A DNA stretch of 64,000 bases. Origin: an uncultured Chthonomonadaceae bacterium (GTDB taxonomy: Bacteria; Armatimonadota; Chthonomonadetes; Chthonomonadales; Chthonomonadaceae). Where the stretch lies: positions 64,001 to 128,000 of the forward strand of contig CAWIEK010000054.1 of NCBI GenBank assembly GCA_963835065.1, written 5' to 3'. Under the pieces are notes generated by a model. It searched no databases. It saw nothing but the letters and a program-made list of their open reading frames with translations, and was not told the DNA's origin. The position numbers and the translations under genes are program-made. This document shows, piece by piece, positions 12,747-23,427 of this stretch (positions are counted from its first letter, which is position 1; the number at the start of each line of letters is the position of its first letter).

Positions 12747-13298
12747 GTGAGCGCGGAGATAGGTTTGGAACGGAATACGGGCAGGAAGAACGCGCTGCCC
12801 TCAAGCAGTGAACGGGTGCGCGAATACGCGGCGGGGCGCGAGTTCACGCGGCGGTTCCGTAATCTGCTGTGCGAACTGCGGATGCAGCCGGGGATACATC
12901 AGCGGGCGGAAACCCTGCTGACGGAATTTGCCGAAGCGCATCCCCATCTGCGCGCCTCTTATCTGTCGCGGGACGTGGACGAATCGTACTTCAGCGACGG
13001 AAGCTGCGGCTGGGAAGCGAACGCGCGGCCCAAATTGCAGGGCATTGCCATTGAGGGCGAAAACCTGTTCGAGTTTCTGGCCTTTTCCAACGGCCTGCGG
13101 ATGCACTCCACGCCCCTGCAAACGATTATGAACGTGGAAGAATTGTGGCTGGAACCCGCGCCCGATCAGCCGTTCGTGTTTCGCGCCTGCCTGTTCCACA
13201 GCTTTCCCGCCACCACGATTCTATACGCGCTGCACCCGGACGTACAGGAATCCGCCGTCGCCTTTTTGCAGCGATTGAAATACCTGCGGGGGTTTTAA
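12747..13298 (+). CDS. hypothetical protein (183 aa)
   Basis: GGAGG RBS, GC3-biased codons; no family recognised. Confidence 0.65.
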   Translation: MSAEIGLERNTGRKNALPSSSERVREYAAGREFTRRFRNLLCELRMQPGIHQRAETLLTEFAEAHPHLRASYLSRDVDESYFSDGSCGWEANARPKLQGIAIEGENLFEFLAFSNGLRMHSTPLQTIMNVEELWLEPAPDQPFVFRACLFHSFPATTILYALHPDVQESAVAFLQRLKYLRGF

Positions 13299-13304
13299 CG
13301 CGCC

Positions 13305-13664
13305 ATGCCACGCCCGCATTATGCCCCGACAGGCGGCCCTATCCGCGCCGCATGGAATACCCCGGACGCCCGCAAGCGCCACCGCGCCCTCCCCGCCCTG
13401 TCGTCGCGCGGTTCCGCAGCGCCTTCCAGACCTGCGGAAGATGCCGCGCCCGAATTGCAGGTTTCGGCAGCCAAGCCGCACAGCCGGGACGCGGCGCGTT
13501 CCGAACCTTCTTCCCAACAGCCTGCTTGCCTTCCCCCGGCCTCCCGTCAACACCCGGTTGACGCGCTTCCGGTGAACCATCATCGCTTTTTGTTGTGGAT
13601 TACCGCCTGCCTGTGCCTGGCCGCCCTGCTGTTCACCCTTGCCGTTTTCACTTATCGCGGCTAA
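13305..13664 (+). CDS. hypothetical protein with C-terminal TM helix
   Basis: Pro/Ala-rich then FLLWITACLCLAALLFTLAVF; follows previous gene after 6 nt. Confidence 0.5.
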   Translation: MPRPHYAPTGGPIRAAWNTPDARKRHRALPALSSRGSAAPSRPAEDAAPELQVSAAKPHSRDAARSEPSSQQPACLPPASRQHPVDALPVNHHRFLLWITACLCLAALLFTLAVFTYRG

Positions 13665-13699
13665 AAAACGCAGGCTTGTTCTTGCCAATCTATTGAAGG

Positions 13700-14698
13700 T
13701 TAAATTGTTTCCTTAAAGGCGGAGTGGGGGTGGGTAAGCAGGCGATTCATCAGGGCTTCATCGGGAGTGATATCGAGGTGGCGCAGCGCCAGTAAGACCG
13801 CGCCGGCAGCCGAGGACAGGAGGGGCGTTGCCAGTCGGTACGTGTTCGGCGCGCGGGAATCAAGCGTTTCGGCAACCGCCTGCTGCATATACGGACTGCG
13901 GGCCGCGCTGCCGATCAGCGCCACCGAGATTGGAAGCGAAACAAACGCCTGTCCGAGCAAATGGACGCTGATGCCTATCAGTTCCGCCGCCTCCCGGCAC
14001 GTCCGGCGGGGCAGGGGCGCTCCTTCCAGCGCAAACCGCGTGACGAGGGGAGCCATGCGCCCCCATTTGTGAATTTTGTCCGTCCACGTCTGCGCGCCCC
14101 ACTCGGAGGCCATTTGCCACAGGGCTGCCGTGTTCTCCACTTCCCAAAAATCAAGAACGGCCTGCACAAACGCGCCGTCTTCGGCAACGGCCTCGCCCAC
14201 CAAAAGCCGATGCAGGCAGCGCAGCGTCAGGGCGCGCGCCGCCGTATCCGCATACTGGTTGAAATCATAATTGCGCAGTTCTCGCCCGGCCTCGTTGACG
14301 CCGAACGTGATTGCGCCCGTGCCCGCGATAACAATAATGCCGGGTTGGGACAGCAGCGCGCCCGCGTGAGCCACAACCGCGTCGTTGACGTGCAGGCGCG
14401 GCCCGCCAAGTTCCGCATTGTCGGTCAGACGGCGCGCCCATTCCTGATCTTCGGGCTTGTCCAGCCCTGCCAGTCCCGCAACCAGAGCGCGAACATCCGC
14501 CATGCCCCGCCCGATTTGCGCAAGCGCGGCTGCAATCGCCGTTTGCAGATGCTCCCGCGCGTCTGCTTCCCGATTGTGCGATAAGCTCGCGCCGCCTGAC
14601 TCGGCATATCCAAGCGTTTGTCCGTCAAGCCCGCAGCACAAGGCGCGGGTCACGGTTCCGCCCCCGTCCAATCCGACAACAACCCCGCGCTCGTCCAT
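13700..14698 (-). CDS. BadF/BadG/BcrA/BcrD-type N-acetylglucosamine kinase-like ATPase
   Basis: VGLDGGGTVT, AGLAGLD, HVNDAVVAHAGA, IVIAGTG. Confidence 0.88.
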   Translation of the reverse strand: MDERGVVVGLDGGGTVTRALCCGLDGQTLGYAESGGASLSHNREADAREHLQTAIAAALAQIGRGMADVRALVAGLAGLDKPEDQEWARRLTDNAELGGPRLHVNDAVVAHAGALLSQPGIIVIAGTGAITFGVNEAGRELRNYDFNQYADTAARALTLRCLHRLLVGEAVAEDGAFVQAVLDFWEVENTAALWQMASEWGAQTWTDKIHKWGRMAPLVTRFALEGAPLPRRTCREAAELIGISVHLLGQAFVSLPISVALIGSAARSPYMQQAVAETLDSRAPNTYRLATPLLSSAAGAVLLALRHLDITPDEALMNRLLTHPHSAFKETI

Positions 14699-14717
14699 GC
14701 GTTGCTTTCCTCACTTC

Positions 14718-14863
14718 GTAATTCTTCACCACCAAGACGCCAAGAACACCAAATAAAGCAGGCGCTGCCAACAGATCAGAATGCGTCAAGCTTTTAACAT
14801 CTTCCGCAATTCTACAACGTCCTTCTTCTTGGTGTTCTTGGAGGCTTGGTGGTGAAGAATTAC
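14718..14863. repeat. 9-bp-periodic palindromic element (TCACCACCAAG type), copy 1
   Basis: 35-bp imperfect terminal inverted repeats; arms and spacer homologous to 57583-57737 in opposite orientation. Confidence 0.88.
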
Positions 14864-14864
14864 C

Positions 14865-15032
14865 TCACTTCTTTTTTGCGGTTCCATGCGGGGCAGAAGC
14901 GGCGGGCGCGTCCAGATCGGATTCGGCTTTATGCAGCGAATTGGTGTAGGCATTGATACCCCACAAACCGGCGACGATAGCCGCAATCGCCACGACAAGG
15001 CCGATTATCAGCTTCATAGATTTGCCCGACAT
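14865..15032 (-). CDS. small membrane-anchored protein (55 aa)
   Basis: AGGAG RBS; MSGKSMKLIIGLVVAIAAIVAGLWG hydrophobic helix. Confidence 0.6.
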   Translation of the reverse strand: MSGKSMKLIIGLVVAIAAIVAGLWGINAYTNSLHKAESDLDAPAASAPHGTAKKK

Positions 15033-15292
15033 GATTTGTCTCCTGAAAACGCGAACAAAATGGAATGGTTTAGAATTCGTCAAAGCAACACAGGAATCCT
15101 GCTTCATTCCACCCCGATGTAACAGTTCAGGGTTGTGAGTATCTTTTTAGCGTCTGCCTCGTAATGCGCTTGGCAAGTCTGATAAAGAGAGGAAACCCCT
15201 TTCGATGAGAATGGTATTTTTATGCTGATGATTTGTAAATAGGTTTGAACATATTTTTTTCAAGGTCACAGTTGCCGGTACATTGGGATATT

Positions 15293-15427
15293 CCGCTCTG
15301 TAACGCAACACAGCCTTGCGGCATAAACGCAAGGCTGTTTTTACGTCACGCTATGGGTTTGTCGGCTTACGCGGCGGGAACTTCCTGCCCGACTTGGAGA
15401 GCCAGCTGTTCGGCTAATTCCAGATTG
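15293..15427. repeat. direct-repeat copy of terminator plus 3' end of the TPR-glycosyltransferase gene
   Basis: aligns with 16609-16686 plus 16783-16841; encodes NLELAEQLALQVGQEVPAA* on the minus strand. Confidence 0.9.
15310..15342. terminator. rho-independent-type terminator hairpin (second copy near 16626-16656)
   Basis: ACAGCCTTGCG-loop-CGCAAGGCTGT followed by T run. Confidence 0.7.
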
Positions 15428-15523
15428 TGCCTGCCGCTTAATCTGTTTCGTTTCGGCAGCCTATGGTATAATCAAAGCAGGATTGCATGGTGATACTGCA
15501 ATAATCACTGCGAAGGAAGGTGC

Positions 15524-16066
15524 ATGTCCGAAAACAACGCCGACAGTCTTCTCGATTATCTTTTATCCGCTTCTGCGCTCCCGTTGCCACCTGCCAGAGA
15601 AGCCGAAGAAGTGGTTCAGGAAATTCTTTCCTGCCTGTACAATCCGGCGCGTAGCGGTGGCGTTACCTATAACCTGTACTTTGGCGATCAGTGGGGACAG
15701 CCCTTATACGCTGTTGGCTTGAACAATGATTGGACTGAGGAGGCGGATGCAGCGCAACTGAGTTATGCGCTCCGTGAGTTTTTGCATAAGCATCAGGGAT
15801 GGCTCAGTAATCCGCGTTGCTGTATCGGCGTGTGGCGCGGTGGTGCAGAAGGCGATTTTGTGGCTATCCTGGACGTTTCCGTACTCGTCTACAATGAAGA
15901 GGTAGCGCGTCGCTTCGGCAGAGATAGCAACCAGATTGCCATTTTCTCCCTGCAAGAAGGCCGCGAAATTCCAACAGAAGGAACCGGCGAATCCACCGCA
16001 GCGCGCTTGCGCCGTTTGGAACAGGAAGACCGCATAACGCTAGATTTAGGAGCAGACAATGAGTGA
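15524..16066 (+). CDS. hypothetical protein (180 aa)
   Basis: AAGGAAGG RBS, TGGTATAAT extended -10 at 15464-15472; IGVW..LDVS..A..G...Q.AIF motif. Confidence 0.7.
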   Translation: MSENNADSLLDYLLSASALPLPPAREAEEVVQEILSCLYNPARSGGVTYNLYFGDQWGQPLYAVGLNNDWTEEADAAQLSYALREFLHKHQGWLSNPRCCIGVWRGGAEGDFVAILDVSVLVYNEEVARRFGRDSNQIAIFSLQEGREIPTEGTGESTAARLRRLEQEDRITLDLGADNE

Positions 16067-16367
16067 AACAATTCTATCGCCGGACGCTGCCACAGAGGAA
16101 CCGTCGCGCCTGTATACGCGATGGCGGGGCGTGACCGTTTCGCATATAGAGTACGGCAACCCTCTCCACCTGACCTTTGTTATTGCTCTGACATTGGACA
16201 ATGGCGCAATCAGGCACTTTTCCAAAGCGGTGTGGGTAACGGATGCCATTTTGCAGGAACGTTTGCGCCGCGAAGTCAGACCCGGCGACCACATCCGCGT
16301 CCATCTGGAAACCGATTGGGCGGACGCTGACATTCCAACGGTTCTCAAAGATTTCTGTCTCGCATAG
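16059..16367 (+). CDS. hypothetical protein (102 aa, beta-rich, OB-like)
   Basis: AGGAG RBS; overlaps previous stop. Confidence 0.65.
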   Translation: MSETILSPDAATEEPSRLYTRWRGVTVSHIEYGNPLHLTFVIALTLDNGAIRHFSKAVWVTDAILQERLRREVRPGDHIRVHLETDWADADIPTVLKDFCLA

Positions 16368-16383
16368 GAGCATTTCGGCGAAG

Positions 16384-16619
16384 ATGCAGCATACCTGTCC
16401 TGTTTGTGGATACGATCAGCTTGCAGAACCTCCGGCAGATAACATGATTTATCCGTGTTGCGGGACGGAGTTCGGCTATCACGATTTCTCCTTCTCGTAT
16501 ATCGAACTGCGGCTGAAATGGCTTGACGCGGGCGCTCAGTGGCACAGCCGCCTTTTGCCGTCTGCACACTGGTCGGCAGAAACGCAACTTTCTCGTGCCG
16601 AATTGCTGCCGCTCTGTAA
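16384..16619 (+). CDS. small Cys-rich CPxCG...CCG protein; end uncertain
   Basis: HTCPVCGY, YPCCGTEFGYHD, ELRLKWLDAGAQW; AGGAG upstream; likely frameshift before TAA near 16617-16619. Confidence 0.6.
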
Positions 16620-16686
16620 CGCAAGACAGCCTTGCGGCCTAAACCGCAAGGCTATTGTCACGTCACGCTATAGTTTTGTTGGCTTA

Positions 16687-16779
16687 GAGCCTATACCGAT
16701 AGGGCTTGTCCTTGCGTCTGAAAGACGCTTGCACTTTCCTGCCGGGTATTTTCAATACCCGGCCAATTGGGATAGGCTC
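16687..16779. mobile_element. 93-bp MITE with TTA target duplication
   Basis: tta-GAGCCTAT...ATAGGCTC-tta; empty site with single TTA at 15367-15369; second copy 44880-44972. Confidence 0.88.
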
Positions 16780-19700
16780 TTACGCGGCGGGAACTTCCTG
16801 CCCGACTTGGAGCGCCAACTGCTCGGCTAACTCCAGATTGTTGCGGGCTTCCTGATGAGTTGGGTATTGGGCGAGCGCCTGCCGGTAGGATACGACGGCG
16901 GCGGCATAGGCTTCCGTGCGGAAGTAGCAGTTGCCCAGCACGAAGAAGCCGCCCTCCTGTTCGGGGCTGACTTCCAATCCGGCAAGATAGGTTTCCGCCG
17001 CCTTGTCGTACACGCCCAATTGGTACATCAGGTCGCCCGCGTTGAAGTAGGCGTTGCCATACGTCGGGTCGCGCTGAATGGCCTCGGCGTAGTATTCCAG
17101 CGCTTCGCCCGGCGCGTTCAATCCTGCCAGTACGCGCCCCAAATTGACGCGCGCTTCCACCGACTCGGGACGCAGGCGCAGCAGGTTTTCGAACGCGGCG
17201 CGCGCTTCGTCCAGCAGATCGAGCTGTTCGCAGCAGGCCGCCAGTCGCGCCTGCGCCTCGTCATCGTCGGGTTTCTGCCATGCGGTGTGGCGCAGGTGCG
17301 GCAGGGCGCGTTCGTACTCCTTGCCCGCGTAATAGATCATGCCCAAATCGCGGATCGCGTCGTCGTGGGCCGGGCTTTGCGCCAGAACCATTTCCAATTC
17401 TTCACTTGCTTCCCACGTCCGATCCTGCTGCGTCAGGATGATGGCAAGCAGATACCGCGCTTCCACCATATTCGGCTGCTCTTCCAGGACTTCTTGACAG
17501 CACGGAATGGCTTCCACATGCCGATCCTGCCCGACAAGCGCCAGCGCAAGCCCGTACCGCGCCTTGTACGTGGACGCGCCCGCATCCCCGGTCTGCGTAA
17601 AGTGCGTATCGCTTGTTTCTTCGCGCCCTATGTCAATCGCCGCCCGGAACGCCATTTCCGCCGCCTCGTACTGTTCCGTGTGCAGCAGGCAGTAGCCGCG
17701 CGAAAATTCAATGCCCGCCTGCCGGAACCCTTTGGCGTCCGCCATCGCGCACACGTCCAAACCTTCCCAGGGCTGCTGCATCCGGTGCAGGGCGGTGGAC
17801 CATTCGACAAACAGGGTGACGCCGAACTCTTCCTCCTTGCCCACGCCCGGCGCGGCCAGGCTGAAATTGCGCGCGGCGTTGTCCATATCACCGAAGGTAA
17901 AGTAGGCGTTGCCAAGATTGAACAAATGGAAATCCCGGAAACCTTCGTCCGGGCACTCCTCCACTTCCCGCGTCAGCATACGGATAAACCGCTCGTGCTT
18001 GTTGCGCAGCGTCATGATCTCGCCCGCATACCCGAAGTGGTCAATCAGCAGGCCGTCGAACCGCGCATACGTGTAGCCCAACGCCTGCAAGGAGCGCAGG
18101 TTCTGCTCGTGGATACGCCCCTCGAACTTTACGCCATCCACGCGCCGAAACAGGCGGCAGGCATGGTGAACCGCCATTTCGCCGCCCATCTCCTGCCCGG
18201 GTTTGGGCCGCGCCGCGGACGTAAGCCAGTTGTGAAACTTGACCATGTAGCCGCCCACTTCGGCAGGCGCGTTCCGCATGGCCTCGCGGAACAGAGGCCC
18301 GCTCCCCGGCGCAATCTCTTCGTCCGCATCCAGCCACAACACCCAATTGCCTGTCGCGTGTTCCAGCGACAGATTGCGCGCTTCGGCAAAATCGTCGTTC
18401 CATTCATAGGGCACGATCTTCGCGCCATATTCGCGGGCAATGTCCAGCGTCCCATCCGTCGAGCCGGTGTCCACAATCACAACCTCGTCCACAACGTCTT
18501 TCACCGATTCCAGACAGTTACGCAGGAACCGCTCCTCGTTTTTGACGATCATACACAGGGAAAGTGATGAGTGATGAGTGATGAGTGATGAATGGTCCTG
18601 TTCTTCTGTTCCCTGTTCCCTGTTCCCTGTTCCCTTTATCGCTTCTTCCGCCCGCTCATACCGCTCCATCAGGCTGCGATAGGCGGGGGCGCGCTTGACG
18701 GCGGCGCGCTGCCTGTCGGGAACGCCGCGCAGCAGTTTGCGGGCTTTTTGCAGCACGGCGGTTTGGGCGCGCTCCACCGTGCGGCGCAGGTTGGGGTCGT
18801 CGGGCGTGGCCGCAAAGGCGAGAAGCACGTTTTCCAGCGCTTCTTCCGGCTGGCCTTCCGCCAGCAGAATAAAGCCCAGGTTGTGATGAAAGTCACGGGT
18901 ATTAGGCGACGCGGCAATGCCCTGATGCAGCAGTTCCAGAGCGCGCGTTTTATCCCCGTTCGGTAACACGCGGCGGCAAGCGCGTTCACCACGTCCCAAT
19001 CGTCCGCCCGCTCGATCAGGCAGGCATCCAGTTCTTCGACGGCGTTTTTCCAATCGCCGTTACGCGCGGTTTCCAGCGCGGCCTGTTTGCGGTCCTCGTA
19101 CATATCCCCGGCAGCTCGCAGTCCGGGCGTGGCAAAACTTCCCGGCAGGTTCAGCCCGCCCAACCCGGTATTTTGCCACCCCCCGCCCAGGCTCAAACCG
19201 CCCAGACCCATAGGGAGGTTGAGGGTTGAGGGTTGAGGGTTGAGAGGGGAAGACAATGCTGAATGCTGAGTGATGAGTGATGAATGGGATTCTGATTCAT
19301 CATTCATCATTCCGCGTTCAGCACTGATTTTCCCTGTTCCCTGTTCCCTGTTCCCTGTTCCCTCACCCAGCGCGGACAGGCGCTCACCGGCAATCTGCGC
19401 GGCGTGATGCCAGGTATGTTTGGCCGCGATGTCGCGGGCGGCTTGCGCGCCTTTGGCCTGCGCTTCTTCCGGGTGGGCGGCGACGTGGCGGAGCAGTTCG
19501 CTCAGGGCGGCGCGGTCAGGTTCGGCCCAGAACGGATAATCTACCGTCGGCATGTTGCCGACGTTCTTTTCCGCCATGCGCTGCGCTTCGGCGGGGATGA
19601 GATAACTATTCCCGGAGTTAGCGAAATCGAGAGCCGCGCCGAAATCAGTAACGATAGTTGGCTTGCCGCAGGCCATCGCTTCCGCAATCGGCAGGCCGTA

Positions 19701-20615
19701 TCCCTCGCCCCGGTACGGATGTGCCAGGCAGTCACACGCGGCGTACAAACCAGCCAGTTCCGCTTCGCTCATGTCCTCATTGATATATACAATGTGCGCG
19801 CCATTGGGCTTGGCCTGCAATGCCCGAATCAAGGCTCCCGCGCCCTGATTGGCATAAAAGCTGTCCGCGCCGAAGTCCTTGACAATCAGTACAACCGGGT
19901 CCTGCGCCGTAAACGCCCGGTCATAAGCGTCCAGCAGTATATCAATCCCCTTTCGCGCAATCGTGCCGCCAACGAACAGGAACTTATAAAGTTGAGGGTT
20001 GAGAGTTGAGAGTTGAGGGTGATTGTCTGTTCCCTGTTTCCTGTTCCCTATTCCCTCACTAATGCCCGGATGAAACACACCGGTATTGACGCCATTGGGC
20101 ACGACGATGACTTTTTCGCCCGGAACGCCGCTGGTGATATAGGTGTCGCGCACAAATTGGGAGGGAACCCAGATTTCGTCTACGCCGCGCTCAATCGCGC
20201 TGACCCAATGGCGCGGCAGAGAACCGAATTCCCAAGGCTGAATGAGAACCAGCTTGCCGCTTGCTGTGGGCGCAAACTCCGGGGGCCAGCGATGCCGAAC
20301 CGTCACGGCGGGCGCGGACGCGGCCTCGCCCATGCGGGCCGCGAGGGACGCAAAACGCGCTTCGCCGCGCAGGGCAGGCAGGGGCGCGTCGTAGTGTTCC
20401 AGGCGCAGGTCGAAGCGTTCGGCAAAGGCCGGCGTATCGAGCAGCGCCAGCGTGAGTTCGCGATTCACAAGCGCCAGGCTATGCTGCACGAAAAACGCGC
20501 CGTTCCACGCAACGGTTTGCCGCTCCGAATAAGAATGGCTATGGGAATGGATTGCCGGAAACAACGGTTCCGAACCAAAATGCAGGGGCATGGGAAACTC
20601 CTCACGGGAAGACAT
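16780..20615 (-). CDS. multidomain glycosyltransferase GT4 - TPR - GT2 - TPR (one frameshift near 18955)
   Basis: PWEFGSLP, HPYRGEGYGLPIAEAMACG (GT4); LSLCMIVKNEE, IVDTGSTDGT, WLDADE, GRIHEQ (GT2); TPR repeats; missing G in a G-run joins ORFs 18669-20615 and 16780-19053. Confidence 0.85.
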
Positions 20616-20708
20616 CAGGCATTAGGCATTAGGCATTAGAGAAGAAGATAGAAGACAGAAGTGAATTCATCCTCCTCTAATGCCTAATACCTAATGCCTG
20701 ATGCCTAA
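20613..20708. repeat. inverted pair of GCATTAG heptamer arrays overlapping a stop and a start codon
   Basis: CATCAGGCATTAGGCATTAGGCATTAGAG mirrored with one mismatch. Confidence 0.9.
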
Positions 20709-23292
20709 CTCTTCTATCGTCAAAATCGGCACACAGCGCGCCTGCGCCAGTTCGCGCCAGAAGGGGGGCAATTGGTCGGCGATGAGCGCGTCGGCGACGT
20801 GCAGCAGTTTCCAGCAATCGGTTTGCGGAAGCGGCTGATGCAGCAGGGTGATGTTGGGCAGGCGGTCGGCTGTGATTGCCAGAGTTTGCCGCAGGAATTG
20901 CTCCATTTCCCACAGCAAGGCTTGCGCGTTCGGATGCGTGGCGGGGTCGGCCCGCAGCATCAGCAGAACCGGGTCTGTGGGCGCGTAGGCCAGTGTGAAG
21001 GCGCGTACCAGCGTCTGCCACTCCTCGGCGCGATTCCAGTCCGGCAGGGCCAGCAGACGCTTGATGGCGACGGGCGAACTTACACCGGCCTGCTGTTGCG
21101 GCGCTTCTTCCGCTTGTGGCCCTTCTTCCGCTTGCGGCATAGCCTGCCTCGGAGAAGTTACATCGCCTTGCTGTCGCTGCAATGCCTGCGCCTGACGCCG
21201 TAATGTCTGCGTGGCGGGAATGAGAGGCGCGTATACCGGACAGCCATTCAAAATTGCCAGCCATTCGTCCAGTCCGGTGAGGGCATCATTCGCGCGCTCC
21301 ACGTCCAGGCACAGACGCGCCGATTCTTCTCGCGCCTGCACATGAAACGGCGAAGCCGTCAGGGTTGACCGGTAGGCGGCAAGCGCTTCTTCCACCCGGC
21401 CCAGGGCGCGCAAGGCGCAGGCAAGGGCGTTATGCGCTTCGCCCAATGCAGGCATTTCCGCAACAGCGATTTCGGCATGACGCGCGCTGTCCGCGAACTG
21501 CCCCCGCGCAAACGTGATTTCCGCCAGGGTCAGATGGACTCGGCACGTCAGCAACGCTTGCATCTCAGAGCGCCAAGCCTCGCTTTCGGGCGCGTGTTCG
21601 CCATAAATGCGTTCCAACGCCACATCGAACCATTGAAAACAGCGCGGAAACACGACGCCCTGCAGCTGCCAGGTTGCTAAATAGTTGATAGTTGATAGTT
21701 GATAGTTGATAGGGAGGAGGGAACTATGAACTTTCTGCGTCCCACCGCTTTGTGATTCGGCCTGCAACTGCTCCTGAACTTCCCGCAGAGTGTTCTCGCC
21801 TTCCTCCGTTCTGCCTCCCGCAAAATACAAGTATGCCAGATTGAGCCGGGCCAGTACGTACTCCGGCTCTTCTTGCGCCAGTTGCCGCGCCAGCCCAATC
21901 GCCGCCTGCAATTTTTGCCGCCCATACTGCGGCGATACCGCGCACCGCGCCATCTCCCCGGCAAGTACCGATTTGAAGAGGTTGAGAGTTGAGGGTTGAG
22001 GGTTGAGGGGAACAAGAGTTGATAGTTGATAGTTGATAGTTGATAGGGTATCCTCTCCTGCATGTATCTTGTATCTTGTATCTTGTATCTCTTCCCTTTT
22101 CCCTTTTCCCTTTTCCCTTACCCCTTCTTCCGCCTTACTGTACACGGCGACGTTACAGGTCAGCAGCCAATGCGTGGCGAGCTGAAGGGATTGCTGCGCG
22201 GCGGGCAGGCGGCAGAAGGCGCGCGGAGGAAGCGAACCGGCCCGGCGAGAAGCGACGAATGGCTCCAACCGGTTGAGCAGGTCGGCAAAATGATGCGCGT
22301 AACTGTGCTGTGTGACTCGTTCGCGGCCATTGCGGGCGGTTTGTTCGCGCTCAAATCTGTTTTCGGGCGCGAGGTAATGAGCGAGCAGGTCTTCCAGATT
22401 GCTGTCGTTGTACAAAACGCAATGCTGGAGATCCGCGTACACATCGCGGATTTCGCGGTTTTCGGCTTCGTAGAACATCAATGCGCCGCAGGCCGGGGCC
22501 TCATACGCCCGCATGTTGGCTTCGCCCCGGATGCTGCGGTTGAACACGATTTTGGCGCGGTTCATCAGCCGAACGTACTCATCCCCGTAAACGCCACTGG
22601 TCAGCACAACTTTATAGCGCGTGGATAAAGCCGCCACCCGCGCCAGCCACCGCGCCCGCTCCCATTGTATGGCGTGATTGAAGTTGCCGATCATCAGAAT
22701 GTCTATGTCGCGCTCGATGAAGTCGGTGTTCAGGTATTCGGGTGTTCGGTGTTCAAGGTGTTCGGTATTCGATGTTTGGTATTGGGTGTTTGGTATTGGG
22801 TATTTGGTGTTTGGTGTTTGGTGTTGGGTGTTCGGGTGCAGGAAGGCGGGACGCAGGATTGCGCAGAACGCGGTGCTTGTCTGGTTCGTGCGCCCAGAGC
22901 AGGCTGTGCAGGACGCTGGTAAATCCCATGTCGCGCAAACGCTCACAGCCCACACGATCCGCCACCAGAACGTCGAAGAGGCTGCCTACCGCCCGCATTG
23001 CCTGCCCACCCAGATTCCAATCCCCGAACACGCCCACTGTCAAACAATCGGCGTCTTCCAGTCCGGCGGGAATCGGGTTGTACTCAGGACTCCAGTGGAT
23101 GTATACTTCCGGCATCCAGCCGACAGGGCATTGCGCCAGTACGTCCGTCCACTCCCTATCCGGCGTGACATTCAGATGGGCGTACCCGGCCCCAAACGCC
23201 AGAATGTCATCCCCGGCCTTTTCCCGGCCCGGCAGCGAACGCTTTTCCGCCACTTGCGGCATCTGATTGGTATATCCGACGAGGAGGCGCAT
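20691..23292 (-). CDS. CgeB/Glyco_trans_1_2-type glycosyltransferase with TPR region (frame break within repeat tract 22724-22860)
   Basis: GDWNLG, RDIDILMIGN, KIVFNRSIRGEANMRAYEAPACGAL; TPR-like helices; three heptamer inserts. Confidence 0.78.
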
Positions 23293-23304
23293 AGCAGTCT
23301 CCGA

Positions 23305-23427
23305 AGTAGTCAGAAGTGAGTAGTCAGTAGTCAGTAGAAATGCCTGTCTACTTAAGTTGTGCGGCATAGTCATGGCTTACAAGAAGAGGTTCCTCTACTG
23401 ACTACTGACTACTCACTTCTGACTACT
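23305..23427. repeat. perfect 34-bp inverted repeat made of TAGTCAG heptamers
   Basis: 23305-23338 is the exact reverse complement of 23394-23427, including the variant unit. Confidence 0.95.
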
